Assembly (NCBI GenBank): GCA_001179505.1
Contig: CDMY01000223.1
Span: 98,319 to 162,318 of the forward strand
Source: Vitrella brassicaformis CCMP3155
Lineage: Eukaryota > Protista > Chromerida
DNA length: 64,000 nucleotides
Direction: 5' to 3'
The translations under genes and the position numbers were made by a program. This document shows positions 13,222 through 25,475 of the stretch, one piece after another. The notes below the pieces were generated by a model. The model made no database searches and was not told the DNA's origin. It was given only the letters and a program-made list of their open reading frames with translations. How positions within the stretch are numbered: position 1 is the first letter of the stretch; every line of letters starts with the position of its first letter.

Positions 13222-13607
13222 ACCGCCATTCTTCGTCACCGCGTTATGGTGCGTTATTTTTCGCGGTTGTGCTCCATCATTTAAATGAGAGAAGAGGTGT
13301 GTCGTGTGTGGTGTGTCGTGGGCGGTTGTGCCGCGTTTAAGTGAAGAGGTGCCATGTGCTATATCGCCGATCGCGTGTTGTGTGTGTGGTATTATCGCAT
13401 CTCATTATGTTTTGGCTGCCGCAGAAGAGCCGTTGGTTGCCACGTGACTTTGTTTTCATCCATCCATACATGAATGCATTTGTGCGTGTGCATGTCATGG
13501 ACACACAAGGGTCTCAGAAAAGCAATCATCTGTCTGTCTCTCTCTGGACAATACCGGGATCAGTGTACACGCAACCCACACGCACCGTCAGTCGCCCGCT
13601 CATTCAC

Positions 13608-15143
13608 TCACTCACTCATCATACTTGACCTTTTCTTCCTCTTTCTCTTTGACTTGCTGCCCTCATTCTCCTCTGCCTCCCACGAATGCACGCTACCTGG
13701 GTCATCCACAGCACCCTCACCCCTCACCCCCGGAAGCCTCAAAGTGAAGCCTAGGTCATTCGCAAGTGCATCACGCTTCTGCACGGCGAGGATGATAGCC
13801 GTCCGCACGCCCTCCACCGTCATCTCTGTAATGCGGATCGACCCGCCCGGCACGTTGTTGGCCTTCCTCTGTTGACCGTACTTGTTGACGATCTCACGCG
13901 ACAGGTCGGTGGTCGATATGCGGATCTGGAGGTAGAAGTAGGAGGTCGTGCCTTTGGAGTCTAGGTTGATCAGCTGCACGCCCCTCTGGCCCGTCTTGCG
14001 CCCCGCCGTCGGCTTGCCGATTCGCGGCATCAGGTCAAGCAGGTGTCGCGTCAGAGTCGACATCTGGTGGGGGTCGAGCTCCGTAGACTTATTGACACTG
14101 CTGCAGGTGGTGGTGTTGACGAAACTGACCAGCTCCTCGAGCGGCGGCGCCCAGTTTCTTGGCGGGGGCTGAGAGGGGTGGGACGGCTGGGGGAAGGGGG
14201 ACGGCCGAGAAGGGGGCGGGGGGGTTGGCTGGGGGAGGTGTGGGAGGGAGGACGCACCCAGGGAGAGGGGAAGGGGGCCCCCCGTCTGAGCCGGTGGCCA
14301 AGGGCTGAAGCCGTCGGGAGGTCCCGCCACCCACCCATCGATGGAGCCACACGGCCACAACTCTGAGAAATTCATGGACACAAGCGGGGATGGTGTTCCT
14401 GCATGCGGCCCATGTTGTTTGTTTGTTTGTTTCCCACTCACTCACTCACTCACTCACTCACCTGGCGGCAGTCCTTCCGGCCATCCACCGAGAGCAGCCC
14501 ACGCGCTGGCGAGCAACTTCATCTTCTCCGGATCCTCGTCCTCACCCTCACCCTCGTCGCCGCTATTCTCGCCAGCCTCCAACGGCACATCCGTGTGCAC
14601 CTTGAGATCTCCAACTGCCTCGGCAGGGAAATGATCCAACAGCCTGTCCGCTGCCGCCTTGGCTGCCCGTCTCCGTCTGACGGGCACCCTGTCCGAGCCG
14701 CTCCTGGACCTCCCCACGCGCCGCTTCTTCTTCTCTGGCATATCATCGTACCACAGGGGCCGCACCGACACGTTGCGGCGGGACCGGCGACGCTGACCCT
14801 CCTGGTGGTGGGTGTCAGGCTTATCGTGACGCTCCATTTCTGCATCCACAGGGTCGACGGGCGAGGCTACCGGCAGCGAGGGGGAGGGCCCCGACTGCTG
14901 CTGCTGATGCTGCTGCTGCTGCTGCTGTTGGCTATGCGAGCAAGATAGATCAGGCGATAGTGATACAGACACACCTGAACAAACAGCATACAGCAGACAG
15001 ACATGTCCATCAGTGGACCCTGACTGTCGCAGTGCGTTGTGTGGCTGACCCGGGATGTTGGTATCGGTGTTCGTGCTGCATGTCATGTGGTTGTGCAAGG
15101 CCGGAGGGTCGTTGATGGACCCCAATCGAGGAATGCTGGCCAT
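13608..15143 (-). CDS. Hypothetical nuclear protein with Q/P-rich regions and a possible AP2-like C-terminal domain
   Basis: Open spliced exons with poly-Q, basic NLS-like runs (KKKRR, KRKRKKR) and an ordered C-terminal segment RGVQLIN..YFYLQIRI..SIRI..VRTAIILAVQKRDAL. The domain call is tentative. Confidence 0.6.
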
Positions 15144-15550
15144 CGGCAAGAAGAGAGCTACGAGGAGAGCTACACGCACCTGCGGCAGTCACAATCACAA
15201 CACACACGGACGCATGTGATGCGCCATTGTGTTTGAGTGCACTGGTGCTCTGGCTGTTACCTGCTAGACGTACGCGGCTGTTCTCTTCGACAGTAAGCCA
15301 CTGCCGTGCGAGAAACCAATATGACGCCTCGAACCCTCTACTCTCGGAAGCCAAGACATTTGTGCTGCCAAGCAGTCATCGCAATCGTCATCATCTGTGC
15401 TCCGATGGCCCGTTTTCGCCACCTGTGTGCTCAGCGATCCGTCAGAAGCTCGCAAAAAGAGAGGAGGGAAACGGCGGAAGAAAAAGGGGAAGAAGAGAGG
15501 CGCCCTAGGAGATCCATATGGCTTGTTATCTATAAAAAAGTCGAACAGCG

Positions 15551-18151
15551 ATGGTCCGCAAGCGTCGCCGCAACGATGACGACGAGGAGGACTTTGCGAG
15601 TCTCGATGCGGCGTCTGAAGAGGAGGACGAGGCACCCGACACCGAGGGAGACGAAGACGACGATGACGAGGTCAGAATCTCAGCAAGCACGGCAATTCAT
15701 GTGTATCTCGTTGCATGTCTGTGGCTGTGCCATGACTGTCTGTGATCAGGATGAGGAGGAGGATGACGACGAGGAGTCCGAGGCAGAGCCTGAGAAGAAG
15801 GAGCTGCCTGAGCGGGGCACGCGAGGGAAGCGCATGGTCGCACTCCTCGGCGAAGCACTCGACAAGGACCAACAGGTCAGTCAGTCAGCCAGCCAAATAC
15901 CAACACGCCCATACACTCGTTAACCCCACCCACCCACTGCCTTGTTGCTGTCTGCCTCTCTATCTGGTTGTGTACGTATCAGTTTTGGCAGCACGACACT
16001 TGGCGGGAGGAGAATGACGCGGAGGACAGTGAGTACGACAAGAAGGATGACGAGAAGGAGTTCAAGGAGGACCTCAGCGACAGCGACATCGACGAGCCCG
16101 AAGACGAAGATGAGGACGAGGACCAGGAGCCCGTCGAGGAGAAGGTCAAGAAGAAGTCCAAGTACGTCGACCCCGCACTCCTCAGGAAGAAAGCCGCCAT
16201 GGCCAAGGCAAAACCAAAGCCCAAGGCGCTGGCTAGGGGAGAGAAGAGGAAACCCAAAGCAGGTCAGGGAGGCAATGCATGATAAAGACAGGCAGGCAGA
16301 GAGGCAGGCAATGACGCGTGTGTGTGTGTGTGTGTGTGTGTGCCAGCCCGTGCTGACTCGTCGCAGTCTCAGTCGGACTTGCTGGCGATGAGTGCGGACC
16401 GTGCGAAGCGAGCCACCACCAAGCAGCAGTCAGAACTGCTCAACGAGGAACTCAAAATGAGAGAGGAGGAACAGGTACACACACACACACACACACGTGC
16501 ATCCATGGCTCTCTCTCTCTCTCTGCGTGTACAATTGTTGTTTAGAAGTGGCGCACTCGTCGGAAGAAGGTCACTCCCGTGAAGCGTGTGTACGTCCCCA
16601 CACAGGAGGAGCTGCTGCGGGAGGCCAAGATCACCGAGGAGTACAACACGGCCTCACTCGAGGCCCTGCGCAGGATGGTACGCACAGACACAGCAGGGCA
16701 GGCCTGCCCAGGCCGGGCACACACCGACACACACTCGGGGAAGAATGGGCTCTGTTTCTGCACATGTGTGTTCTGTGTGTCTTATGTACTGCTGCCTGCA
16801 GGAGGAGGTCAAGAAGCAGAAGATCATGGCCCAGGCCAAGAAAAAGTAAATAACCACACACACACACCACACAAACCACAGACGACTGACGAGTGACGCT
16901 TGATTCTCACTTCTTTCTCCCCTCCTCTGCCTGCCTGTCTGCGCTTCAGGCAGCACCGGGGCCCCAAGATCATCTTCACATCGTCCTCCAAGATCCACCA
17001 TGACAGGCGCAAGCCGCACCCCAACACACACATGGCCAACGGGCCCTCCGCACCGGCAGCGGCACCGGCACCTGCTGCTGCTGCTGCTGCATCGACGGAG
17101 CCCGGTAGCCGCGAGATAGTGTTCTTCCAGCGGGGAGCGCTGCCCAAGTGGCTGGATGCCATCGGTGCACCAACACGTGAGCCAACGATAGAGAAGGGGA
17201 GGGACGGAGGGGGAGAGTGCGTCTTGATCATGCGAGCATCTGTGCCTGTGGGGTGTGCCTGTGGTGGGTGCCTGTGGTGGGTGCCTGTGGTGTGTGTGTG
17301 TGTGTGTGTCTTTGTGTGCCCAGAGCCCAAGGCCAAGCGTTGCAAAGTGACAGGTGTGGCGAGAAACAAATTGTCTGTCTGTGCACTACCGCAGACACGT
17401 GTCTGTCTGTGCATCTGTCTGTTTGTGTGCGCAGGTCGTCCTGCGAGGTACCGTGACCCCAAGACTAAGGAGTATTTCAGCGACGCGAAGGCCTTCAAGG
17501 CCCTGCGCACCCACCACCACCTGCAGGAGGACAAGACCTTCGTCACACAAATGCTCCACATACGGGTGGGTCAGCCGACGACCGACAAGCCAGACATCAG
17601 AGACATCAGACGCACTGTGTGTGTGTTCACACATTGTGTCTGTCGTCGGTTCTGTTGGCTGCCTGCAGGACTTGATTGAGGCCAAGCGTAAGGAGGTGCA
17701 GCGCTTCGAGGAGAGGCAGGCCGAGCGCAACAGACAGCTGGGCCTCAGCGCAGACGGCCAGATACAACACCCCATGGAAGCACCACCACCACCGCCACCA
17801 CCACCAGCAGCCCCCGTCATCAAGCAAGACCCCTCGCCCCTCCCCGCCCCTCCCCCTCAGGAAGAGCCCAGCCCCCGCCCTTTTGCCGGCATGGCACCCA
17901 TGCAGACGCAAGCCCAGTACACGCAGCTTCTCCTGCAGCAGCAACAGCAACAGCAGCAGCAGCAGCAGGCCTTCCCTGCCGCTGTTCGTCCACCTTTTGT
18001 GCATCCCTTCCTGGCGATGGGTGCGGGTGGACCGTTTGCAATGCGGCCGGTGATGAGGCGAGATGCGGCTGGTGCTGGGGGTGGGGGGCAGGGTCAGGCA
18101 GGGCTGCGCCAGGGGGTGCAGAATGGTGGGTTGGGGATGGGCATGAGATGA
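15551..18151 (+). CDS. VPS72: YL1/Vps72/Swc2 (SWR1 complex H2A.Z chaperone subunit)
   Basis: Acidic N-terminus, LPERGTRGKRMVALL..FWQHDTW YL1 motif, and YL1_C motif CKVTG|RPARYRDPKTKEYFSDAKAFKALR, followed by a P/Q-rich tail. Confidence 0.85.
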
Positions 18152-18607
18152 GACTCAATTGCTCGGTTCGTTGGTGTGGTTGTCTGTGTTGTGCATACCG
18201 ATCCGTGACCATCAAGTCGATGAGAGGCGGGGGCGTGAGTAGCTACTCAAGCCAGGCCCCTCGTCTGCTTGCTGGTCACGGGTCGGATGCACAACAAATC
18301 AATGCCGCCACCAGGGTAACACAAATTGGAGGTCGTCTTCTCTCTGTGAAGCGTCCGTTCGATTCTCGAGGCGCCCCACGTTCACTCATCAGCTACTGCC
18401 AGCCCTCACTATCGACTCAGCACGTACACCCGCACCCACCCCTACCCCTCCCCCTCACACCCCGTCAGCTGGTCATCGACAGCAGAGCCCATCTGTTCTG
18501 TCTATCCACACATGCTCGCTCAAGCACTCACTCCCCCACTCACTCACTCACAGGATCACTGCACGTGACGCATCGGTCGGTATCCGTCACGTCAAGGTGG
18601 CGCCGTG

Positions 18608-19948
18608 TCATGATGGGACAGGTTCTGCGGTGCCCCACAGCTGCTTGAGCCTGGCGTCGCGGCCACACGACCTCCTGTAAAACTTGTACAGCTCGGAACT
18701 CTTCTTGTAGTAGTCCTGATGATAATCCCTGCACACACACAACACCATGTGCTGTTGGCCTCTCCCTCTCTCCTTTCCGCCCTCCTCACTCGGCAGGGAA
18801 GAATGTGGCGGCCGGGAGTATCTCTGTGGCTATGGATCGGCTGCCGAGGGCGCCTGAGCTCTGGAGCTTCTTCTTGCTTTCCTCAGCTATCCGACGCTCA
18901 GCATCGGTGCGCACAAAGATCGCAGAACTGACGACAGACGGACGCAGATAAACGTGGCCTGTGCTGTGTCTGCCATGTGGGCTTCTGTGTGTTCGCTTAC
19001 GTGTATTGTTTGCCCTTGTCGCAGAACTGTCCTGCTCTGTCGGTGGGGTCAATAGACCGCCAGAAGAAATCCACCAACGACTCGTACGATGTCTGCACAC
19101 AGGCAGGGCAAATAGATGTCCCGGCAATTAGGGCAAACCTTCCTTGTGTGTGTGTGTGTGTGTGTGTTGTGTGTTCGCATACCACTGATGGGTCATATAC
19201 GACGAGCACCGACTCCCGGTGCCCCGTCACGCCCTTGGACACCTGCAGGACGGGCAGAAAGACAGACACACAGACGCATCCATTGCCTCGGCCACTGGCC
19301 CGCCCTGGGCTCACTGACTGACACACCTGTTGATAAGACGGATTGGCCACATTGCCTCCAGTGTACCCAGACACGACAGAGTTCACCCCCTTCAAGGCCT
19401 CAAAATCTGCACCCGCCCGCGATGTGAAGAGACAAGCATGGGACGTTCCTCCCTCTCTCTTTCGCTCTCCCACTCTCCTCGGCGCACGCACCTTTCTCGC
19501 TGCACCAGAAGCATCCTCCAGCGAATGCCGCCACCTCATAGCCATAGCCCTTCACAGCGGCCGCCAGGTCATCGGCTGACGGCACGTCGCCCTGAAGCGA
19601 CTCCCGGCTGAAGTCAATCTTCTTAGTCCTGCTGTCGTAGATGGGCAAGCCACCCGCATCTGCTGCATCTGCCGCACCAGCTGCTTGCAGGAAGGAGAAG
19701 GGAACCTCACGCAGGGAGACGGGCCGCCGCTGGAGCAGTTGACGCGAAAGATCGTCTGCCGTCCTCACTATGGCTGGCGGATCTTGCAAGGGAATCAGTG
19801 GTGGGGCGTCCGCAAGGGCAGCCAGCGCGTGAAGCGAGGGAGAGCCAGGCGGCCGTCCTCTTCTTGCCTGTTGGTGTGGCGATGAAGGTGGCTGCAGGAA
19901 TGCATCGGCAGCAACCAGCAGTGCCTGGCAAATGGCAAACAGCTTCAT
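18608..19948 (-). CDS. MSRA: Peptide methionine sulfoxide reductase A with signal + transit-like leader
   Basis: AAFAGGCFWCSE, VVSGYTGG..NPSYQQV, GHRESV, DPTDRAGQFCDKGKQY, FFPAE|DYHQDYY. The leader MKLFAICQALLVAADAF is followed by an S/P/R-rich stretch. Confidence 0.92.
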
Positions 19949-20150
19949 TCTGCAGACCTCGTAGATCTGCAAAGCTCGCAAATGTCAAGCCCTAGGGTGC
20001 TCCCTGAAACCGCTGCTGCTTGCAGCAAAGGAAGTTCCGCTGAACCGCTGAAAGCTAAACCAGCGGATCTCTGTGGTGATCTTGGCGTGAGGTTGTCCAC
20101 ATCGCATCTCTTTGACAAGGCAGTTGGCACCGAATCGGGGAGGATTGAGG

Positions 20151-22210
20151 ATGGCGACGACACCTGAGGCTGCTGGCAGCAGCGGGTACCACCGCCTCGA
20201 GAGCGAAGATCCCGCTGCCGGGCCCTATCATGGTGAGGCGAACGGACGCCCTCCGCTGCAGCACAGAGGTGGGAAGGAAGCAAGGCACACACGCACACTC
20301 ACGACAAACACACACCTCCGTCGTGCAGGCAATGTGCTATTTATTGCCTGATTTCCTTCCTGTGTGCAACTAACTGGTCAGGTTCTGGCCCCATCCACAC
20401 GTTTGCCCGAGATGTGGCGGTTCGGATGAGTGCCACAGTGCGGAAGATTGAGGACTCCGGCGAGTCGATGAGGGTGGAGGTCATCGTCTTCTGCCTCTAT
20501 CACCTCCCGGTGAGCTAGCGCATCGTGAGCAAACAGAGAGAGGGATGGCGGAGAAGTGCTTCTCACTTGTGTCTGTGTGTGTGTGTGTGTGTGTGTGTTC
20601 GACCGGGCGTGGCTTGCCTTTGTGCGAAGGAGTGCTGCGACGGCGAGGAGCGTGTGCATTCCCACGGTCGGTGTCGCCACTGGAAGATCGTCAATGACGT
20701 GAGCCAGCTCCCGTGGCACCCACACCTCGTCCTCAGAGCCAGCGACACCAGGGACTTCGTTCCTGAGATGTGGTCAGCTCAACACACACACACAGACATA
20801 CGCACACCCACACAGACGCACACACACACACAGCCTCTCGGCAAACCCCTTTAGCATCCTTGTTGTGTTTCTGTCTGTCTGTCTGTCTGCCTGTCTGTCT
20901 GCCTGTCTGCAGCGCTTTCAATCTGTGCAGCGGTGTGTGTGTGTACCTCAAGTCGTGGTCGGCCGACATGTACGTTTCGCTGGACCTCAAGGCTTTCCCC
21001 TTCGACCAGCAGTTGCTGCCCATCCGCCTCTTCTGCACCAACGCACGCATGATGCCACAAATCGACCTCTCATTCGCCGCGTGGGCGGGAGGGCCCGGAT
21101 GGTATGTACGGTACACACAACACAACACACGTGATCGAGATACAGACAGACAGAGAGTATCCGATAGATGAGATGGAGCCAGCCACTCACCTCACTCACC
21201 TCACCTGGGCATCTATCTGTCGCATTACTGCATGGTACGGTGCCTGCCTTCCTTGTGGTGTGCAGGTGGCCCGACCTGCCGTTTGTGATTGACAGTTTGT
21301 GCGAGATGGCGGTGCAGACGAGCTCGTGGCATGTGGATGAGGTGGAGCCGCTGCGATTCAGCAGCAGCGACTTCAGCAGCCTCTCCACCACCTGGATGCT
21401 CGCGCACGTCCAGCGGAGCTCCCACTTCTTCCTCTGGAACATCATCATTATCATGTGAGCGACGTGCCTGTAGGTAGCTAATGGCCGTTTGGAGGCTTGT
21501 GTGTGTGTGTGTGTGTGTGCGTGTGTGTGTGTGTGTGCGTTGCGTAGGTTCCTGATCGTGTGCATTCAGTTTGCCTGCATTGGGATCCACTTGACCAACT
21601 TCGCCGACCGGGCACAGTTCTGCGTCACCCTCTTCCTCACCGCAGTCGCCTTCAAGCTGGCCGTCGCACAAAGGTGGGTGGGGAGGGAACACACAGATCC
21701 TCACAGTCAGCTGCGCCACCCTCTCCTCTCTCCATCTTTGTGTGTGTGTGTGTGTGTGTGCGTGTGTCGTGTTGGTTGGCCAACCACTCCAGCCTCCCCC
21801 CACTGAGCTACCTCACCTTCATGGACAAGTATATCATCGTGTGTTTCGTCGTCTTGTCCGCATTCATCGTCGAGTCCCTCATCGTCAGCCACATCGCCCA
21901 CGGCTGGGGAAGCGAAGCGCTCGCCCAACAGGTCGATTTCTGGTTCTACATCGTCTCCTCGGCATCCTGGGGCGTGTTCCACGTCTGGCTCTTCTGCAAG
22001 AGTGGGGTGGCTGACGTCTTGGCGGAAAGGAAGCACAGGCGGCTGTGTGGGGAGTCGGGGGGGGACGACGAGAGGGAGCCGCTCAGCAAGGGGAGGCATG
22101 CGGCCGTACGGCCCGTCAAGAAGGGGTCGCTCATGTCGTCGATGATGAAGCAGGACACGTGGGAGATCAAGGAGGAGCTCACGCAGAGGACAATGGACTA
22201 TGACACCTGA
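20151..22210 (+). CDS. Pentameric ligand-gated ion channel, Cys-less Pro-loop (ELIC/GLIC-like) type
   Basis: VSLDLKAFPFDQQLL Pro-loop; pre-M1 QRSSHFFLWNII; M2 ADRAQFCVTLFLTAVAF; M2-M3 LPPLSYLTFMDKYI; four hydrophobic helices with a short M3-M4 loop. Confidence 0.85.
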
Positions 22211-22661
22211 AGGGAAGGCCAGGCTCTTGCCTTGTATGTCTGTGTGCAGCGAGTGCATGCCCTTGAGTGTCTGTGTGTCTGTGTGCATGGCATGAGTCAG
22301 TCTTCCTGGTCAAGTAGGGCGTCCTAGGCTTTGTGTGGCCGTTCTTCGTACCTAATTTGTGTGCCGTGCCAGTCGAGTCGGGGATGGGTGTCGGTGTGGG
22401 TGTGGGCCAGCGGGCGGGGGGTGCGTGGACTTACCGTAACTTCAGATAGATAAACAGCTTGTCGCTATGTGGTTTTTATATCAGGGCGTTCCGTGCCGAA
22501 GGAGAGCGTTGCAGTGCACGGCTGCGATACGCACCCCTTTGCACACGCATCTTTTTCACCAGGGACGCGTGGATGAATCAGAACAGACATGGACAAACTA
22601 TTTACATGTCATTCATGTCAAGTGTCCGTCTGGTCCTCCGGGTCTGCTCACACGAACACAA

Positions 22662-23129
22662 CTATCTGACCCCTTCACCGCCCGTCATGGCACTTGCCAT
22701 GCCCGGGTGACCACTGGCGGCAGCCTGTCCTTCACTGCTCTCATCACCCGTTTCAACACTCTTATCGATTGGCATCTTGAGCCCCACACTCGCCGCCACC
22801 TTCTTGATCTTCTCAATGTCCTCCGCACTCTCGCCTATCTCGTACTTGTCCATCAGACTCGCCACAGCATTGATGCTGTCACGGTACTCCACAAACCCCG
22901 TCAGCAGCTCGGGCCGCTCGTGCGCAATCCGTGTGCCCCAATCATGCCACATGGGGTTGTCCCTCTTGTGGCACACGTCACGCTCGACGACCGTGAAGAA
23001 GTCGCGCAGCTTGGACGCGGGAGATGAGCCATTGAGCTGATGCTGCTTGGGCGCCGCCTTGGATCTGGCAGGATTTGAGGATGACGGAGACTGGCTGGCG
23101 CAGCAGCGGCGAACAGACCGACGCAGCAT
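22662..23129 (-). CDS. Small intronless hypothetical protein with a mitochondrial-presequence-like N-terminus
   Basis: Open frame from MLRRSVRRCCASQSPSS (R/S-rich, no acidic residues) into a helical-looking core, with coding-like codon pattern and no microsatellites. Confidence 0.55.
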   Translation of the reverse strand: MLRRSVRRCCASQSPSSSNPARSKAAPKQHQLNGSSPASKLRDFFTVVERDVCHKRDNPMWHDWGTRIAHERPELLTGFVEYRDSINAVASLMDKYEIGESAEDIEKIKKVAASVGLKMPIDKSVETGDESSEGQAAASGHPGMASAMTGGEGVR

Positions 23130-23197
23130 CGTCCTCGTCGTCCTTCTGCTCAGCGGTTTCAGGCCCCTTACACTGCGAGCTGGAACTGATGCGCGAG

Positions 23198-24834
23198 ATG
23201 ATGGCAACGGCAGTTGAGCAGGTGGTGCCGTCCGCGATGGGCGACAAAGTCGTTCTCAAAGACGCAGATCTGACGCTGCACGTGCCCATCTTCGATTTGG
23301 CCGAGGACAATGAGTCCCTGCGGATGGCGGTGCGAGAGGCGTGCAAGACCATCGGCTTCTTCCTTGTCAAGAACCACGGTGTGCCTGAAGAGGTGACACA
23401 GATGGCGAGCAGCAACAGAAGGAGAGGAGATGGTTCGTCGTCTTAATTTCATGAGTGCATCTGTCTGTCTGTGTGTGTCAGTTGCTGAGCCGCGCGTTTT
23501 CTGAGATGCGGCGGTTCTTCTCGCTGCCGATTGAGCGGAAGATGCAGGTCGCCGCGTCGACCAACGCCAACAACCGGGGCTACACTCGGTGGGCAGAGGA
23601 GACCCTCGATGTCGAAAAGTCAACGCAGGGCGACACCAAAGAGGGTCAGAGGAGAGGGACAGACCAACACACACGCGACAGACAGATATACACAGTCACT
23701 GCTGCATCTGTCTGTCCTGCGCGTCTGTGCTGTTGCTCTGCAGGGTACTACATTGGCCGTGAGGTGCCGCCCGACTCACCGGAGACGTCACTGCCACTTC
23801 ATGGTCCCAACATGTGGCCAGCGGACCTCCCCGGATGGCGAGAGGTGCGTAGGACAGACGAGAGAAGCAACGGCTGTGTGTCATATGCTGTGCGTGTGCG
23901 TGTGCGTGTCATTGGTGCAGACGATGGAGGAGTATGTGTCGGCGGTTATCACACTCAGCGTGCGGATCACACACCTCCTGGCGATGGCCCTTGACCTGCC
24001 AGAGGACTGGTTCGATCAGTACTTCACGAGGCCTCTCACTGCGTAAGACGCACAAGAGAGGCTAGATGAACGCAGGCTTGATGCTTGCAAGTGTGTCGGT
24101 GTGTGTGTGTGCAGCTTGCGGCCGCTGCATTATTCGGCAGAGCTGTCGGATCCGGCCAAAGGGAAGTTTGCTGCCGGCGAACACTCAGACTATGGTGAGA
24201 GCTCTAGCAGAGAGAGCCCCGCTGGCTGCCCTCCTACACTGCTTAGGTTCCCCGTGGTGTCTGTCTGTCTGTCTGTCTGTCGTGTGTTATGTGTCAGGTA
24301 TGCTGACTGTGTTGGCGACTGACGGCACGCCAGGTCTGCAGATCAAGCCGCGGGGCTGCGACAGGTGGATCGACGTGCCGACAATCCCTGGCACTTATGT
24401 CATCAACCTGGGGGACATGCTGCAGGTGTGAGTGAGGTGACCACAGGGATGCCTTGATGTGATGTGTGGATTGCATTGGTATAGAGGTGGACCAATGACG
24501 TGTTCATGAGCACCCCCCACCGGGTGGTGAATGTGACGGCCACCGAGAGGTACTCACTGCCCTTCTTCTACGAACCCAACTATGACACAAAGGTAGGTGT
24601 GCAGTGAGTGCATCCACACACACAGAGAAAGAAGGCAGGCGGACATAGACGTGTTGTTTTTTTAATCCATCCATTTGGCAGGTTGAGTGTCTGCCGTCGT
24701 GCTGCTCGGCCACCAATCCGCCCAAGTACGAGCCCTGCATCAGCGGCCAGCACCTGATCGGCAAATACAGCGCCACACACAAGGACTTCGCCAACGAGAA
24801 GCCACACACCATGAACGGCACGGGGGGACAGTGA
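23198..24834 (+). CDS. 2OG-Fe(II) oxygenase, isopenicillin N synthase/DIOX_N-like
   Basis: VPIFDL, ACKTIGFFLVKNHGV, NRGY, LHGPNMWP, LRPLHY, AGEHSDYG (HxD), NLGDMLQRWTND, STPHRV (distal His), RYSLPFF (RxS). Confidence 0.92.
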
Positions 24835-25212
24835 AGCTAGCTAGGGGGGTTTGTGACACTCAGATGGATGACATCCATGGCGCTTTGCCAGCCATTTTGT
24901 CCGTCTGAGTGAGTGAGTGGATGAGTGTGTGTGGGTCAGTCAGCATGGCATGGACGGGGGACCGGCTGGCGGGCTGTCTTTTTGCAGCTGGCTGGGTCGA
25001 TCGAGGCCGATGGCTGGTCATGTCTGTGCAGTCCATACAGGCATCATCGATGCTTTTTGAACCGACTGAGCGTATGTGCAGTGATGAGGTGATTGATGTG
25101 TCCATGACACTTACTTGGAGTGCCAATTCGACTCGTCGGTCAGTCACCGGTCAATACATGTCTCTCAGGCACACCCCCAACACACACACACATGCGTCCT
25201 CTCAGAACCGAA

Positions 25213-25413
25213 TCAACTTACATCATAATATAAAATGTAGACAGCGATGCACACACACACACTCTTGCTGCCCTTCCGAGCCGTCGTTCTACGTAGAAAT
25301 GTGGGAAGCGAGGTGGAGTAGCTGAGTGCCGTGATGATCGCCAGCGACAGCACCGCCACCAGCAGCCACATCAGCACCTTGCCCCACCGCAGCGGTCCCG
25401 GGAGTCGCCGCAT
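25213..25413 (-). pseudogene. Short ORF or gene fragment with a membrane-anchor-like segment downstream of repeat copy A
   Basis: MRRLPGPLRWGKVLMWLLVAVLSLAIITALSYS hydrophobic stretch that runs out into microsatellite sequence. It lies just 3' of a duplicated promoter module. Confidence 0.3.
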
Positions 25414-25475
25414 ACACCGCTTGCAGCATGTCGGCCCTGCGTGAACAGAAACGATAGCCGACAGAGGTCGTGATA

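Noticed and set aside
1384-24834. Two 2OG-Fe(II) oxygenases plus a protease as a biosynthetic gene cluster
   Set aside because: They are about 20 kb apart, belong to unrelated families (JmjC versus IPNS-like), are interleaved with housekeeping genes, and no scaffold synthase is present.
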